Positions 9,632 through 20,530 of a DNA stretch of 40,000 bases are shown piece by piece; the first letter of the stretch is position 1; each line of letters opens with the position of its first letter. Origin of the DNA: an uncultured Candidatus Bathyarchaeia archaeon (GTDB taxonomy: Archaea > Thermoproteota > Bathyarchaeia > Bathyarchaeales > Bathycorpusculaceae); NCBI GenBank assembly GCA_964434745.1, contig CAYSWL010000006.1, forward strand, positions 6,700-46,699. Reading direction: 5' to 3'. The translations under genes were made by a program, and so were the position numbers. The notes under the pieces are model-generated. The model did not search any database. It was not told the DNA's origin and saw nothing but the letters and a program-made list of their open reading frames with translations.

Positions 9632-10654
9632 TTAAGAAATTGATGCTTGATAATTTTTGCAAGGCATAGCTACAGCAGGAATTTTTAGACGCTTTTTTAT
9701 TTCCTGAGCTAATGCTTCGCCGTGACCACCAGCGTGATTATCTGTGATTACTCGTTTGGGTTTTGCTTGCTTTACATATTCTATTAGCCCGTTAAAGTCA
9801 GAGTGGTCACTTAATGCGAGCACATATTCACGTTCACCTATTCGTCTACAAGGAGAACGAAACTCCCAACCGCTTATGCATATTCGTTCATCAAGAAGCC
9901 CGACTCGATTTCGACTATTCATGTGATAAAACGCAACACAAGGCAAGTTCTCATCAAGAAGCATCTTACCTTCTTTTTGAGTTGACAAAGTCAAGCAGCC
10001 TAGCTGCATACCGTGACTTTCACAAACTTTAGAAATTTGGTACACCTTCTCAGGCATAACATACGGAACTGAGACATGCGCTTTGTGTAATATCTGCATT
10101 ACTTCTTGCAATTTGCCATGGTAACCAAAGACGTAAACCGGACCTTTTTTTAATCGAGCTTCAACCATTTGCACTAAAAGTTCACGCACATCAACGTCAA
10201 AAGAGCGCTTACATGAAGGGCTACCATAAGTTGATTCAACTACTAATGTATCACAATCTATTACTGGTGTCCCGTCTATCTTGAAATCGCCAGTCCATAC
10301 AACCCGGTCGCCTTCAACGTTTTCAACAAGCACCTGAGCAGCACCTAAAATATGTTCAGCCTTATACAATGTAATTTGTTCATTATTATAATTTAGAGGT
10401 TTTTCGTATTCCAATGTCTCAATAGCTTTCATTTTAGGCCCTATTGGACCTTCCAAGACGTCAATCAGGTCACGAGTAGCTTTAGTCATTAAAACTTTTT
10501 CACATTGCCGCAAACTCCACCGTAAACCACCTGTGTGATCAGCATGTGCATGTGTTACTATTCGTAAGGGACGATTTTTGTGGTAGGCATCACATGCTAC
10601 TGAATCACCCAGCAGAATTGCGCCTCTTTGTGTTACGGCAGCTTTAGCAGTCAA
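9632..10654 (-). CDS. metallo-beta-lactamase-fold / short beta-CASP-like nuclease
   Basis: 340 aa with the HAHADHTGG (HxHxDH) motif and a C-terminal LSDHSDFNGL...VITDNHAG block typical of short beta-CASP RNA/DNA exonucleases. Confidence 0.65.
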   Translation of the reverse strand: MTAKAAVTQRGAILLGDSVACDAYHKNRPLRIVTHAHADHTGGLRWSLRQCEKVLMTKATRDLIDVLEGPIGPKMKAIETLEYEKPLNYNNEQITLYKAEHILGAAQVLVENVEGDRVVWTGDFKIDGTPVIDCDTLVVESTYGSPSCKRSFDVDVRELLVQMVEARLKKGPVYVFGYHGKLQEVMQILHKAHVSVPYVMPEKVYQISKVCESHGMQLGCLTLSTQKEGKMLLDENLPCVAFYHMNSRNRVGLLDERICISGWEFRSPCRRIGEREYVLALSDHSDFNGLIEYVKQAKPKRVITDNHAGGHGEALAQEIKKRLKIPAVAMPCKNYQASIS

Positions 10655-10664
10655 TAATGCACAC

Positions 10665-11069
10665 TCAAGATTTAATAGTTCGAGGTGCTAGCCAATTAAT
10701 AAGTTCTGGCGGATTTTCGCATTTTACAATGACTTTTATAGGGCCAAGTGGTGATTCTGCTTCAGCTTCAGAAAAAGAAACATGACCGGCAAATGCTACT
10801 TGTTTATTTAAATAAAATGTTAATGAATCACTTTTCATGCCATCATGTAGAACTTTTCGCGATGCATCTCTAATACGATCTCTAGCTAGAATATTTCGCA
10901 GTACGCTGAGCGTTTCTTGTCCTTTTGCTTGAGCAGTTAAAATGCTACCTTTATGCATAGGTTTAGTTTCAATAGGAAGATCTCCGAAAAGATTAGATAT
11001 TGCCTTCTGTACCTTATTTTCGCTTTCTGTAGGGTTAACATCAGCTTCCAAATATACTGTTATTTCCAT
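10665..11069 (-). CDS. UPF0201 family RNA-binding-domain protein
   Basis: 134 aa. The N-terminus EITVYLEADVNPTESENKVQKAISNLF matches the UPF0201 (PF01877-like) pattern, and it overlaps the upstream UPF0200 partner gene. Confidence 0.65.
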   Translation of the reverse strand: MEITVYLEADVNPTESENKVQKAISNLFGDLPIETKPMHKGSILTAQAKGQETLSVLRNILARDRIRDASRKVLHDGMKSDSLTFYLNKQVAFAGHVSFSEAEAESPLGPIKVIVKCENPPELINWLAPRTIKS

Positions 11070-11626
11070 TTGTGTTCAATACTCCTTAGAATTTGACAGA
11101 CCCGCTCGTTAAGGGTATCTATAGTTTCATCATTTATTATAATATACTCTGATAGTGCAATAGCTTTGCCTATGCCAACACCCAATTCGCGCATATCGCG
11201 CTCATTAAAAGTTTCCCATGTTTTTGGGTCGTCACTTCTGCCTCGATTAGCAAGACGTTGAAATCTAGTATCAGGTGGAGCATGAACGGCAACTAGAACA
11301 AATTTTCCAAAATATTTTCTAAAAACTTCAACCTCAACAAAACTTCGAATCCCGTCAATTATTACCTTAGAAGCTTCTTTTGCAACTATTTTGGGAACAC
11401 ATTTTTCAGCTACAACCGTTTCTCCGCCCATAGTTCTTAGCTCTAACATCACTTTACCCACATTTACTGGGTTGAGCTCTAGTCCCCTTTTTGTTGTCTC
11501 TTCTCTAATAACATCACCCATACTAACAACAGCATAACCAGTACTCTGAACAGATTTTACAACCAAAGATTTGCCTGCACCGGGCATCCCAGTTAATCCA
11601 ATGACTAACTTATCAGTATTCAACAT
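11060..11626 (-). CDS. UPF0200 family P-loop nucleotide kinase-like protein
   Basis: 188 aa with the GLTGMPGAGKS Walker A motif. The conserved archaeal pairing with UPF0201 is present. Confidence 0.7.
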   Translation of the reverse strand: MLNTDKLVIGLTGMPGAGKSLVVKSVQSTGYAVVSMGDVIREETTKRGLELNPVNVGKVMLELRTMGGETVVAEKCVPKIVAKEASKVIIDGIRSFVEVEVFRKYFGKFVLVAVHAPPDTRFQRLANRGRSDDPKTWETFNERDMRELGVGIGKAIALSEYIIINDETIDTLNERVCQILRSIEHKWK

Positions 11627-11926
11627 AAAGCGACCTCTTACTTTTTACCATACTATATCAATAATTTAAAAGCATCCATAAGTAAACTACCAATCAACAA
11701 GATGTAAGAAGCTTAAAAAAACCGTAGATAAAAATGCAATTATTTCGCAATGCATAGAAAAAGAAAACATAATTGGTATTATAAAGAGCAGTAAAGCAGC
11801 CTAAGGATTCTTTCAAAGATTTCAACTAATTTTAAAAAAAATGACAGCACCTATTTTTGTTTTGGCAGCAAATTCTGAAAAAGACTTTATCAAGGGGAAC
11901 TAATAGAAGGTACTTGAGGTACTATA

Positions 11927-12493
11927 ATGTCTGAGCATGTGCGAGCCTTCTTGGCGTTTGATTTAGATAACGAGGAAGTAAAGAAAAAATTAGCTGAATT
12001 ACAACGTCTATTGGCTAATACTGGTGCTGATTTAAAACTTGTCGAACCAGAAAATATTCACATTACTATACGTTTTCTTGGAGATATTACACTTCGCATG
12101 GCAGACAAAATTTTTGAAGAAGTCGAAAAAATCCAGTTTAAACCGTTTATAGTAAAAATTGGCGGTATAGGAGTATTTCCCAACTTAAATTACCCACGTG
12201 TAGTATGGGCAGGCATAACTCAGGGAGCGACCCAACTTCAAAGTATCTTCACGCAACTCGAACCGAACTTACAACAATTAGGGTTTTCACCTGACCCAAA
12301 AGGTTTTAGTCCACACCTAACCATAGCAAGAGTCCGCTCAGCCCGGGGCAAACCGCAACTCATCAATTTTGTACAGAAAAATGCTCATTTTACCTTTGGC
12401 GAAATCAACGCAACAACTTTTCGTCTTAAGCGAAGTGAACTAACACCTCAGGGACCAATTTACTCAACACTTAAAGAGTATAGGCCACAGTAG
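11927..12493 (+). CDS. thpR: RNA 2',3'-cyclic phosphodiesterase (2H family, LigT/ThpR)
   Basis: 188 aa with two HxT/S motifs (HITIRFLG and HLTIARV) at the canonical spacing. Confidence 0.85.
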   Translation: MSEHVRAFLAFDLDNEEVKKKLAELQRLLANTGADLKLVEPENIHITIRFLGDITLRMADKIFEEVEKIQFKPFIVKIGGIGVFPNLNYPRVVWAGITQGATQLQSIFTQLEPNLQQLGFSPDPKGFSPHLTIARVRSARGKPQLINFVQKNAHFTFGEINATTFRLKRSELTPQGPIYSTLKEYRPQ

Positions 12494-12514
12494 CAGTAAC
12501 AAAGGGCAGTTGTA

Positions 12515-13948
12515 ATGCAATCTAGTAACATTGAAGAACTGGTAAGGCAGATACTGCAGGAGATAACACCAACAGAGGCTGAAATACATAAGATAACCTT
12601 GGTAGCTTCAGAGTTAGAACGTAAGGTTTTGTTAGCCTGCAAAGAATTCGGCGTTGATGCCACTGTGCGGGTAGAAGGATCCACAGCCAAAGATACTTGG
12701 CTTAAAGGAGATCTAGATATAGATGTTTTCATGAGGCTGCCTACATCTATTTCACGAAAAGCGTTAGGTGAAATTAGTCTTAAAATTGCTCGCAAAGCAA
12801 CCGAGGGGCACCAGCAAATTGAACGCTTCGCTGAACACCCTTACTTGGAGACCTATATTGAAGATATTCGTGTGAACATTGTGCCATGCTATGATGCTAC
12901 GCCAGGCGAATGGTTAAGCGCTACAGATCGCACACCGTTTCACACTAATTATATTAATGAACATATGGACAAGCAGATGCGTAGCGAGGTTCGCTTGTTA
13001 AAGAGGTTTATGAAAGGAATAGGTGTGTATGGAGCAGAGATTAAAATTGGCGGATTTAGCGGTTACCTCTGCGAGTTACTAACGCTTCATTATGGATCAT
13101 TTATTAATGTACTTGGAGATTTTTCTCATCATATACCAAAGCGGGTAATAGATATCGAAGGATACTATGAAGGTAGAGCAAGAGAAATTGAACTACTCTT
13201 TTCTGAGCCACTTGTGATAATTGATCCAGTTGACAAAGGACGCAATGTTGCTTCAGCTGTTCAACCTCAAAGGCTTCAAACTTTTACTGCTGCTAGCCAA
13301 GCATTTCTTAAAGACCCCAGTAGAAAATTTTTCTATCCACCTACAAGAAGTCCTCTGGATTTAAAAGCACTTATGCAAAAAATAAATGGCCATAGTTCAG
13401 ATTTTGTCTTTTTAACATTTGGCAAAATAGAAGCAGTTCCAGACATTTTATGGGGTCAATTATATAAAACGAAAAAGAGCTTGCGCAAACTCTTAGAGCT
13501 TAGTGATTTTGTTGTTTTACGTGATACAATATGGAACGAAGAGAATAAAGACTGCACCATTATGATTTTTGAGCTAGAACAACACATCTTGCCCATTACC
13601 AAAAAGCATTTAGGTCCACCTTTAACGCAAGAAAAAGAATGCGAACACTTTCTATCTAAATATGTTAAAAATGAAAAAGTAATATCTGGACCGTATTTAG
13701 AGAATGACCGATGGGTAGTCCAGTTACCGCGTAAATATAACGACGCTGTAGAACTATTCAATTTAAAATTAAAGACAGGTGGTAGAGATGTTGGTGTTGC
13801 AAGTTTAATTGCACAATCGATTCTCAAAAATTTTAAAATCGATATCAATACCGAAATAGCTACAATTTATAAGGAAAAACCAAGTTTTGCAATATTTTTA
13901 ACAGATTTTATAGATGGTAAACCATTTTGGCTTCAGTCAAATAATTAA
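12515..13948 (+). CDS. cca: CCA-adding tRNA nucleotidyltransferase, archaeal class I
   Basis: 477 aa with the GSTAKDTWLKGDLDIDVF nucleotidyltransferase motif and RTPFHTNY, at the length typical of archaeal Cca. Confidence 0.88.
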   Translation: MQSSNIEELVRQILQEITPTEAEIHKITLVASELERKVLLACKEFGVDATVRVEGSTAKDTWLKGDLDIDVFMRLPTSISRKALGEISLKIARKATEGHQQIERFAEHPYLETYIEDIRVNIVPCYDATPGEWLSATDRTPFHTNYINEHMDKQMRSEVRLLKRFMKGIGVYGAEIKIGGFSGYLCELLTLHYGSFINVLGDFSHHIPKRVIDIEGYYEGRAREIELLFSEPLVIIDPVDKGRNVASAVQPQRLQTFTAASQAFLKDPSRKFFYPPTRSPLDLKALMQKINGHSSDFVFLTFGKIEAVPDILWGQLYKTKKSLRKLLELSDFVVLRDTIWNEENKDCTIMIFELEQHILPITKKHLGPPLTQEKECEHFLSKYVKNEKVISGPYLENDRWVVQLPRKYNDAVELFNLKLKTGGRDVGVASLIAQSILKNFKIDINTEIATIYKEKPSFAIFLTDFIDGKPFWLQSNN

Positions 13949-14007
13949 ACAGACAAAACTGTTTTAATTTAAAATAAGTCTTTTCACTAATTTTAACAGA
14001 GCAGTAT

Positions 14008-14544
14008 TTACGGTAGCTTTACATCTTGTAATGAAGACTTTTCATTGATGCTGGTTTTTCCTATTATCGAAATATTGCCATTGGTTTCTAGAACCACAGC
14101 GTCTACATCCCTAAGTGAAGAATACCCTTTGGACCGCAAAGCTTGCAGGATTTCATTCTCTACAAGCCGCTCTTGTTTAATGGCATCTTTTAAAATTTCG
14201 CCTTTGTAACACAAAAGTTTGGGCTCTGATTTGACTACACGACTCAATATTTTTGATCTACTTGAAAAAAACGATATGAAGAACTGTAAGGAAATCAATG
14301 TTACCAACGCTGTAAATCCATCTATAAAAGATACACTGCTATTTAGAATGGTTGAAGCAAGAGTAGTACCTAAAGCTACTGTCACAATAAAATCAAAAGC
14401 ATTCATGGCAGAAAGTGTCCGTTTACCAGACACACGCAATATTACAATTAGCAAAAAATACAAAACAACAGCAGTCACTATTATGCGAATAATTCCTATA
14501 AGGGTAATAAAAACCATAGTAAAAACCAATTTAGTAAAGAGCAA
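14008..14544 (-). CDS. DUF421 (YetF-like) membrane protein
   Basis: 178 aa with N-terminal TM helices and a C-terminal soluble domain ending in the DVDAVVLETNGNISI pattern. Confidence 0.6.
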   Translation of the reverse strand: MLFTKLVFTMVFITLIGIIRIIVTAVVLYFLLIVILRVSGKRTLSAMNAFDFIVTVALGTTLASTILNSSVSFIDGFTALVTLISLQFFISFFSSRSKILSRVVKSEPKLLCYKGEILKDAIKQERLVENEILQALRSKGYSSLRDVDAVVLETNGNISIIGKTSINEKSSLQDVKLP

Positions 14545-14602
14545 ACTTACATTTTATTATTTTTATTCATACAAAAAATGGTGATAAAACACTTTTGATT
14601 TA

Positions 14603-15544
14603 CTATTTGCGTTGCTCTTCTAGATTAACTTGCCCCGAAATGGATAATGTTGTTGAAGCTATGTGTATATTTTTTGATTTCTGAATTTCTTCTAAGATAT
14701 TTTGGCTTAGTTTGGAGTTTACAGATCTCCTGATATTGATTTCTGTTATGTATCTAATTTTAAATGTTATCCAGTTATCTGTTAAAGTTATGTAGATAGC
14801 TGGTTGTGTGCGGCGTTTTGCTATGTAATATTTTTTTCCCAACTCTAAAAGTGCTTTTTCTGCTTGCTCAACAGTTGTCTTTGTTTCTTTATCAACTATT
14901 GCCATTATTTTTAGGTAAGCTTCTTTCCAGTCACTATCATATGTTATAGGTAAAGATATTTCGTCCCATATGTAACTGTACTCTCGGTTATAATTGTCAA
15001 AAATTCTAGATAAAATAAAAGAGTTTGGTACAGTAGTGAAACGCCCTGTTGTTTGATCTCCTTCTATCCATTCTTTAATTTCTAACAAGGTAGTATTGAA
15101 TAAACCGATATCTAATACATCTCCGTATTTTCCATCCACTTCGATACGGTCACCAATCTTGTAGTTTTGGTTAATTAATATGATAATTCCGCCAGCCATA
15201 TTACGGAAAACATCTTGTAACGCGATTGCTATACCTGCGCCAATAATACCTGTAGAAACAAATAATATGCTTACATCTTGAACCCAAATAATCAATAATG
15301 CTACGAGAATAGCAATAACATAAAGTATGTTAACGATTCTACGAAAAGAAAACTGCGCTTTTTTATTAAAAACACGCCCAGCTACCCAGCGGCCAAGAAA
15401 ATATTTAACCGCATATGTTATAATAAATACTAGAAAAGTTGAAAAAATCCGAATCGAATACGGAAAATAATAGAAGTATGTAACAAAAATTGCCAGAACC
15501 GAAAAGGCTATAACAACAGTTACCACAAAAACTGACTTTAACAT
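14603..15544 (-). CDS. mechanosensitive ion channel, MscS family
   Basis: 313 aa with TM helices followed by the IGDRIEVDGKYGDVLDIGLFNTTLLE beta-domain signature. Confidence 0.8.
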   Translation of the reverse strand: MLKSVFVVTVVIAFSVLAIFVTYFYYFPYSIRIFSTFLVFIITYAVKYFLGRWVAGRVFNKKAQFSFRRIVNILYVIAILVALLIIWVQDVSILFVSTGIIGAGIAIALQDVFRNMAGGIIILINQNYKIGDRIEVDGKYGDVLDIGLFNTTLLEIKEWIEGDQTTGRFTTVPNSFILSRIFDNYNREYSYIWDEISLPITYDSDWKEAYLKIMAIVDKETKTTVEQAEKALLELGKKYYIAKRRTQPAIYITLTDNWITFKIRYITEINIRRSVNSKLSQNILEEIQKSKNIHIASTTLSISGQVNLEEQRK

Positions 15545-15696
15545 TGCTATTTCTATCGGACCACTTCTTACTTAAAACCTTTTATGTAGACGTAAAAGAA
15601 GCATAAAACAGATAAAATATTTTTCACATTTAACTTTACTTACACTTTAAAATATGATAATAAAAAAGGATATATCGAGAATTTTATATAGATTAC

Positions 15697-15996
15697 ATGG
15701 TGGTTATTTTGTCAAGTTTTGATGAAATTTTAGGTAAAGATGTTATTGGCGCAAAAGGGTATAATTTAGGCACAGTTAAAGGTGCTGAAGTTAATGTTGT
15801 AGAATGGAGAATTACACATTTACATGTAAAACTATCTAGCCAAGCAGCTGACGAGTTAGGTTTTAAAAAGCGATTTAGAAGTTCCACTGTATGTATGCCA
15901 GTATCTTTTATTTCAGCCGTTGGAGATGTAGTGACTCTAAATAGAGCGCTTACAGAAATTAGCGGTGATAACTCAATTACAGAATGTAAAGAATAA
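15697..15996 (+). CDS. PRC-barrel domain protein
   Basis: 99 aa. ILGKDVIGAKGYNLGTVKGAEVNVVEWRITHLHVKL matches the PRC-barrel pattern. Confidence 0.7.
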   Translation: MVVILSSFDEILGKDVIGAKGYNLGTVKGAEVNVVEWRITHLHVKLSSQAADELGFKKRFRSSTVCMPVSFISAVGDVVTLNRALTEISGDNSITECKE

Positions 15997-16068
15997 AGTA
16001 AAAAAGCTAAATGCAGCTCTTCAGGTTGCAGGATTATTTTTTGCTATAGACATTAATTAACAGTAACT

Positions 16069-17100
16069 GTGGATTTGTTCTATTTGAAAAAAATTGAAGT
16101 TATTGTGCATACTGATGAAGCTAAAAATGTTGAAGAGGTACTTGATAAGATAGGGTTACTATTTAGCACTTTAGAGGTCCACATAGAAACAAAGGAATAC
16201 AAGTTTTTTTCAACTTTATTACCTGATGAATTGGCTGAAGATACAATGAGCAAGCTTGCTGATTGTATTGATTTAGAGCAAAAAGAGAACATGATAAGCA
16301 TCTATGATGTTAAGGGCGTAACATCAACATTTATGGATAAATTAAAAGAGAAAGCCTCTGAGAAAAAAACTACTGCTAACCCTACTGAAGAGCTTGTTGA
16401 AAAAACCGACAGGTATACACATTTTAATAAAGACGTGCTTGCAATGACATCGCTTGCGACACTTGTTGCACTTGCAGGACTTTTTCTTGATAATGTTGTG
16501 ATAATAATAGGTGCTATGATTTTGCCACCTATGCTTGGACCAATAACTGCATTGGCGGTTAATGCAAATCTAGGTAGGGCAAAAAAGCTCGTGCATAGTC
16601 AATTTTCAGTAATATTTTTAATCACTACAATAATATTCATCGCTGCAGTAACAACTTTTATTGCATCTCAATTCTTAAATTTACCAAGGACATCTGACCA
16701 AATAATTGCACGCACAAGTGTAACTGTATTTGATGTCTTAGTAGCCTTGATTCTCGGAATAGCAGCTGGATTAGTTTTTCGCGTAGCGTTATCTGAAAAC
16801 CTTTTTGGAGTAGCACTCTCAGCTGCCTTAGTACCTCCTGCTACAGTAGCAGGAATTCAATTAGCATTTGCAAATGAAATCCTATTTGTAGGTTCACTGA
16901 TTCTAGTTCTAGTCAATCTTTTTGCCCTTGAATTTGGATGTACGTTAATGCTTAGAGTAATGGGTGTTACAGCACGTAATTACTATAAAAAAGGCGAAGG
17001 AAAGAAAAACGCGACTTATTCGATCATACTTTTAGCAATATTACTAATAATACTTGCAATAGTTATCATATTCTCCCCTCTAGGGCCTAGCAGCGATTAG
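16069..17100 (+). CDS. DUF389 / TIGR00341-type hydrophobic membrane protein
   Basis: 343 aa with a soluble N-terminal domain followed by multiple TM helices, including the GAMILPPMLGPITALAV block. GTG start. Confidence 0.6.
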   Translation: MDLFYLKKIEVIVHTDEAKNVEEVLDKIGLLFSTLEVHIETKEYKFFSTLLPDELAEDTMSKLADCIDLEQKENMISIYDVKGVTSTFMDKLKEKASEKKTTANPTEELVEKTDRYTHFNKDVLAMTSLATLVALAGLFLDNVVIIIGAMILPPMLGPITALAVNANLGRAKKLVHSQFSVIFLITTIIFIAAVTTFIASQFLNLPRTSDQIIARTSVTVFDVLVALILGIAAGLVFRVALSENLFGVALSAALVPPATVAGIQLAFANEILFVGSLILVLVNLFALEFGCTLMLRVMGVTARNYYKKGEGKKNATYSIILLAILLIILAIVIIFSPLGPSSD

Positions 17101-17415
17101 TTATTAACGAAGTTGTTATCATAAATTATAACAAGAAAATTTGAATTCTCTCATCAACTTATCAAAGTATACAAACATATTGAACTGTAAGAGGTTACAG
17201 CATACAAAGAAGTAAGTGAAATATTTCAAAAGTTAGATGACGAATAAAAATAGAAACGATTAAAGTTTACATTATTTAATAAACGAGTTCATACTAACAA
17301 TGTTAACCAGTAAGATATTAGACACTCTTGGGAAACGAATGTAGATAGACATAACTTTTTTTTGGAAATGCTAAAATGTTGTAGCAGTAACTTTTAGGTA
17401 ATAGAAGGTTATGCT

Positions 17416-18465
17416 TTGCCGTTTAATGAGTTACGTAAAGATTATTTTATGGACCGGTGGGTTGTGATTGCAACCGAACGGGCTAAACGACCGAATGATT
17501 TTGTTAAACAAAAAGTCATGACCTTTCAAAAGGATGCTAAGTGTCCTATGTGTCCAGGAAATGAGCATATGACACCGCCGGCAGTCTTAGTCTATTTACC
17601 ATCAACCAAAGGTAATATAATTAAGACCAAAGATGATGGTGAATATCGTCATAAGGATTGGCTTGTTCGATGCGTACCTAATTTATATCCTGCTTTTTCA
17701 GCCCCGAAAAACCAAGGTGACATATTGGAAAAATTAAATGGTAAACATTTTGGATATGCGTTTGGGCATCATGAAGTTCTTATTGAATCACCTGATCACT
17801 TTTCACATCCAGCAGAAACATCATTAGAACAATTGACCTATGTCATTAACGCCTACAAAGACCGCCTATCGGAACTCTTAAAAAAGTCGTATGTAAAATA
17901 TGTGCAAATTTTTCGCAATCACGGTGTTGAAGCAGGTGCATCACAGTCACATCCACACAGTCAGATAATAACTACTCCTTTCACGCCGCCTAATATCAGT
18001 CAAGAACTGAATGCTAGCAAAAACTATTGGGATATGAATAAAAGATGTTTAATGTGCAGTATTGTAGATAGAGAGTTGTACACATCTAGGCTTATTGCTA
18101 AAAATGATCATTTTGTAGTTATTGCACCTTACGCAAGTGTGCATCCATTAGAGTTTTGGATAATTCCAAAACGTCACAGTTCAAGCTTGATAGATTTAAC
18201 GCAATTAGAGACTGATTCTTTAGCTTTGATGCTTAAAAATTCACTAAGAGCACTTAAAGAGGTAGTTAATGACCCGCCGTATAATTTTGGTTTCCATTTG
18301 GGGCTTAAGAAAGATGTTGATGATTACTACCACTGGAGCCTTCAAGTGTATCCAGCGTTGGCTATGTGGGCTGGTTTTGAGAAATCTACTGGTGTTTATA
18401 TTAATACAGTTAAACCTGAGACGGCAGCTAAAGAGCTGCGAAAGATGTTTAAAAGCCATATTTAA
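17416..18465 (+). CDS. galactose-1-phosphate uridylyltransferase-family (HIT superfamily) nucleotidyltransferase/phosphorylase
   Basis: 349 aa with the CPMCPGNE zinc motif and the SQSHPHSQ active-site HxHxQ motif. The TTG start is inferred because the N-terminus NELRKDYFMDRWVVIATERAKRP is conserved in the family. Confidence 0.78.
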   Translation: MPFNELRKDYFMDRWVVIATERAKRPNDFVKQKVMTFQKDAKCPMCPGNEHMTPPAVLVYLPSTKGNIIKTKDDGEYRHKDWLVRCVPNLYPAFSAPKNQGDILEKLNGKHFGYAFGHHEVLIESPDHFSHPAETSLEQLTYVINAYKDRLSELLKKSYVKYVQIFRNHGVEAGASQSHPHSQIITTPFTPPNISQELNASKNYWDMNKRCLMCSIVDRELYTSRLIAKNDHFVVIAPYASVHPLEFWIIPKRHSSSLIDLTQLETDSLALMLKNSLRALKEVVNDPPYNFGFHLGLKKDVDDYYHWSLQVYPALAMWAGFEKSTGVYINTVKPETAAKELRKMFKSHI

Positions 18466-20530
18466 ACACTTCATGTTCGTATTTTGGTCGGATCTGAAGA
18501 ATGTCTTCTATGTATGCTCTTAAGAGTTCAGCTACACTCCAAGCCTGTGCTATGCAGCCACGAGGTCGATGAGGAGGGTCGCCATCAAAAATTTCGCTAA
18601 TCGTGCCTAGTCCGCCTTCATAAATTTGCCGTTCGAAAAGCGTCTGTAAAAAGGTTTTCATTGCGAATTCAAGGTTTTGTGCACTAGTTCCCCAAGCTTT
18701 TAGGTATCCTGAAATGAAAGGCCCTAGTAGCCAAGGCCATACGGCCCCGTTATGGTATGCTTGATCGCGAACACGCATAATACCATTATATATGCTTTTA
18801 TATTGCGGGTCACTGCGTGCAAGAGTTCGCAATCCGCAGGGTGTTAAAAATTCTTGGCGAACTAAATCGACAACAAGTCTACTTCTATCAATATCTAACA
18901 TAGAAAAATCTAGAGATGTTGCTATGATCTGGTTAGGCCTTAATGATAAATCTGGTCCGTTTGTTTCAAGCACATCAAATAAACTATTTTTCTTTGGATT
19001 CCAAAATTTATCATTAAAACTTGCCTTTGTCTGTTTAGCCATAGTAACGAATTTTTCAGCTATTGCTTGCTCATGAAATCTGTTAGCTAAAAGAGCCATT
19101 ATTTTGAGTGTGTTATACCAAAGAGCTTGCACTTCTACGGCTTTACCTGTACGAGGGGTAACTGCTTGACCTTCAATGTTTGCATCCATCCACGTTAAAC
19201 GTGAACCATGTGAAATTAGGCCATCAGAGTCTAAGCGGATATTAAATTCGGTGCCTCTTATATGGTGATCAATTATTGATTTGAGCATTTCCCATAGGTG
19301 GTCTTGAATGAACTGGAAGTCACTGGTATATTTAAGGTACTGTAGAACTGCGTTTACATAAAGAAATGTTCCATCAACAGTATTGTAGACTGGTTCTCCT
19401 GAGGTATCATCTATAAGATTTGGAATTAACCCGTTTTTATAATAACGACCAAAACTCTGTAGAACATACTTTGCTTCATTAAATCTGCCAGTTGCCATCA
19501 GCAGTCCAGGCAGGGAAATAAAGGTGTCGCGTCCCCATGGACTAAACCAGAAGTAGCCTGCGATAATTGATCGCCTATAATTTACTTCTTTGGTCACAAA
19601 TGAGTCTGAAGCTAAAAGAAGCCAGTTTAACCACGCATTAGGGATCACTGAAGAACTATAATTATAAAAGGAGTCTAAGAATCGGCTACGTTCATCAAGA
19701 ACTTGCATGAATAAGTTATCAAAATCAGTCACTGTTCTACCAGCAGATATGATAAGGTCTTCAGTTTGGTGAATATCTTTGTTAGCTCCAACAACTACAG
19801 CAAATCGTGTTTCATTATTAGGGGATATAGGAATCTCGTAGTATCCAGGTTGGTATATATCGTCTGTATCTAATTCGCCGCGTACGTTTTCTTCATGATA
19901 GTGTACAGCATTAACCCAGTTCGGCTTTTCTACAAAATTACCTGCAGAAGAGTACCCTATTACGGTAGCATCAGGGGCAGTGAATATTAGTTTGACTCTA
20001 TTTTCTCCAGTTTCTTGCCGAAAACTCAGCGGGTTCTTCCAAGGATCAACAACTGTATGAAAATGCCTACAAGTCATCATAGGATAAATTCGAATTTTTG
20101 CATTACTCATATTTCCGTTACTAACAGTATATAAGCTGACAACTAGATTTTTTTGTTGGGGCATAAACAGTGTTTTTTTAATCGTCAAGTTAGGGATTTG
20201 ATAAGTAAATGTTGGAAAAGGTGAGATTGAAAATTCTTTAAGATACTGATAACCTTGAGGGTATATAGTACCGTGGAACTCGTTTGCACCTAGGCGATAA
20301 ATATTTTCTCCAATAAGAACATCTTCATCTAGTTTTGATAAACAGACTGTACGTTCCCCAGGGGGATTTAACGCAGCAACAAGTAATCCGTGATACTTAC
20401 GAGTGTTTAATCCTAAAACTGTTGAAGAGGAAAAGCCGCCTAGTCCATTAGTTATTATCCATTCCTTCTGGACAGCTTCACTAAAACGAGAAAGCACTTC
20501 AGAAGACAAAGTAATAGTAGGCAATTTCAT
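18449..20530 (-). CDS. glycogen debranching enzyme, archaeal type (amylo-alpha-1,6-glucosidase)
   Basis: 693 aa with an N-terminal EWIITNGLGGFSSSTVLGLNTRKYHGLLVAAL block and a C-terminal (alpha/alpha)6 GDE_C-like region (YHNGAVWPWLLGPF). Confidence 0.8.
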   Translation of the reverse strand: MKLPTITLSSEVLSRFSEAVQKEWIITNGLGGFSSSTVLGLNTRKYHGLLVAALNPPGERTVCLSKLDEDVLIGENIYRLGANEFHGTIYPQGYQYLKEFSISPFPTFTYQIPNLTIKKTLFMPQQKNLVVSLYTVSNGNMSNAKIRIYPMMTCRHFHTVVDPWKNPLSFRQETGENRVKLIFTAPDATVIGYSSAGNFVEKPNWVNAVHYHEENVRGELDTDDIYQPGYYEIPISPNNETRFAVVVGANKDIHQTEDLIISAGRTVTDFDNLFMQVLDERSRFLDSFYNYSSSVIPNAWLNWLLLASDSFVTKEVNYRRSIIAGYFWFSPWGRDTFISLPGLLMATGRFNEAKYVLQSFGRYYKNGLIPNLIDDTSGEPVYNTVDGTFLYVNAVLQYLKYTSDFQFIQDHLWEMLKSIIDHHIRGTEFNIRLDSDGLISHGSRLTWMDANIEGQAVTPRTGKAVEVQALWYNTLKIMALLANRFHEQAIAEKFVTMAKQTKASFNDKFWNPKKNSLFDVLETNGPDLSLRPNQIIATSLDFSMLDIDRSRLVVDLVRQEFLTPCGLRTLARSDPQYKSIYNGIMRVRDQAYHNGAVWPWLLGPFISGYLKAWGTSAQNLEFAMKTFLQTLFERQIYEGGLGTISEIFDGDPPHRPRGCIAQAWSVAELLRAYIEDILQIRPKYEHEVFKYGF

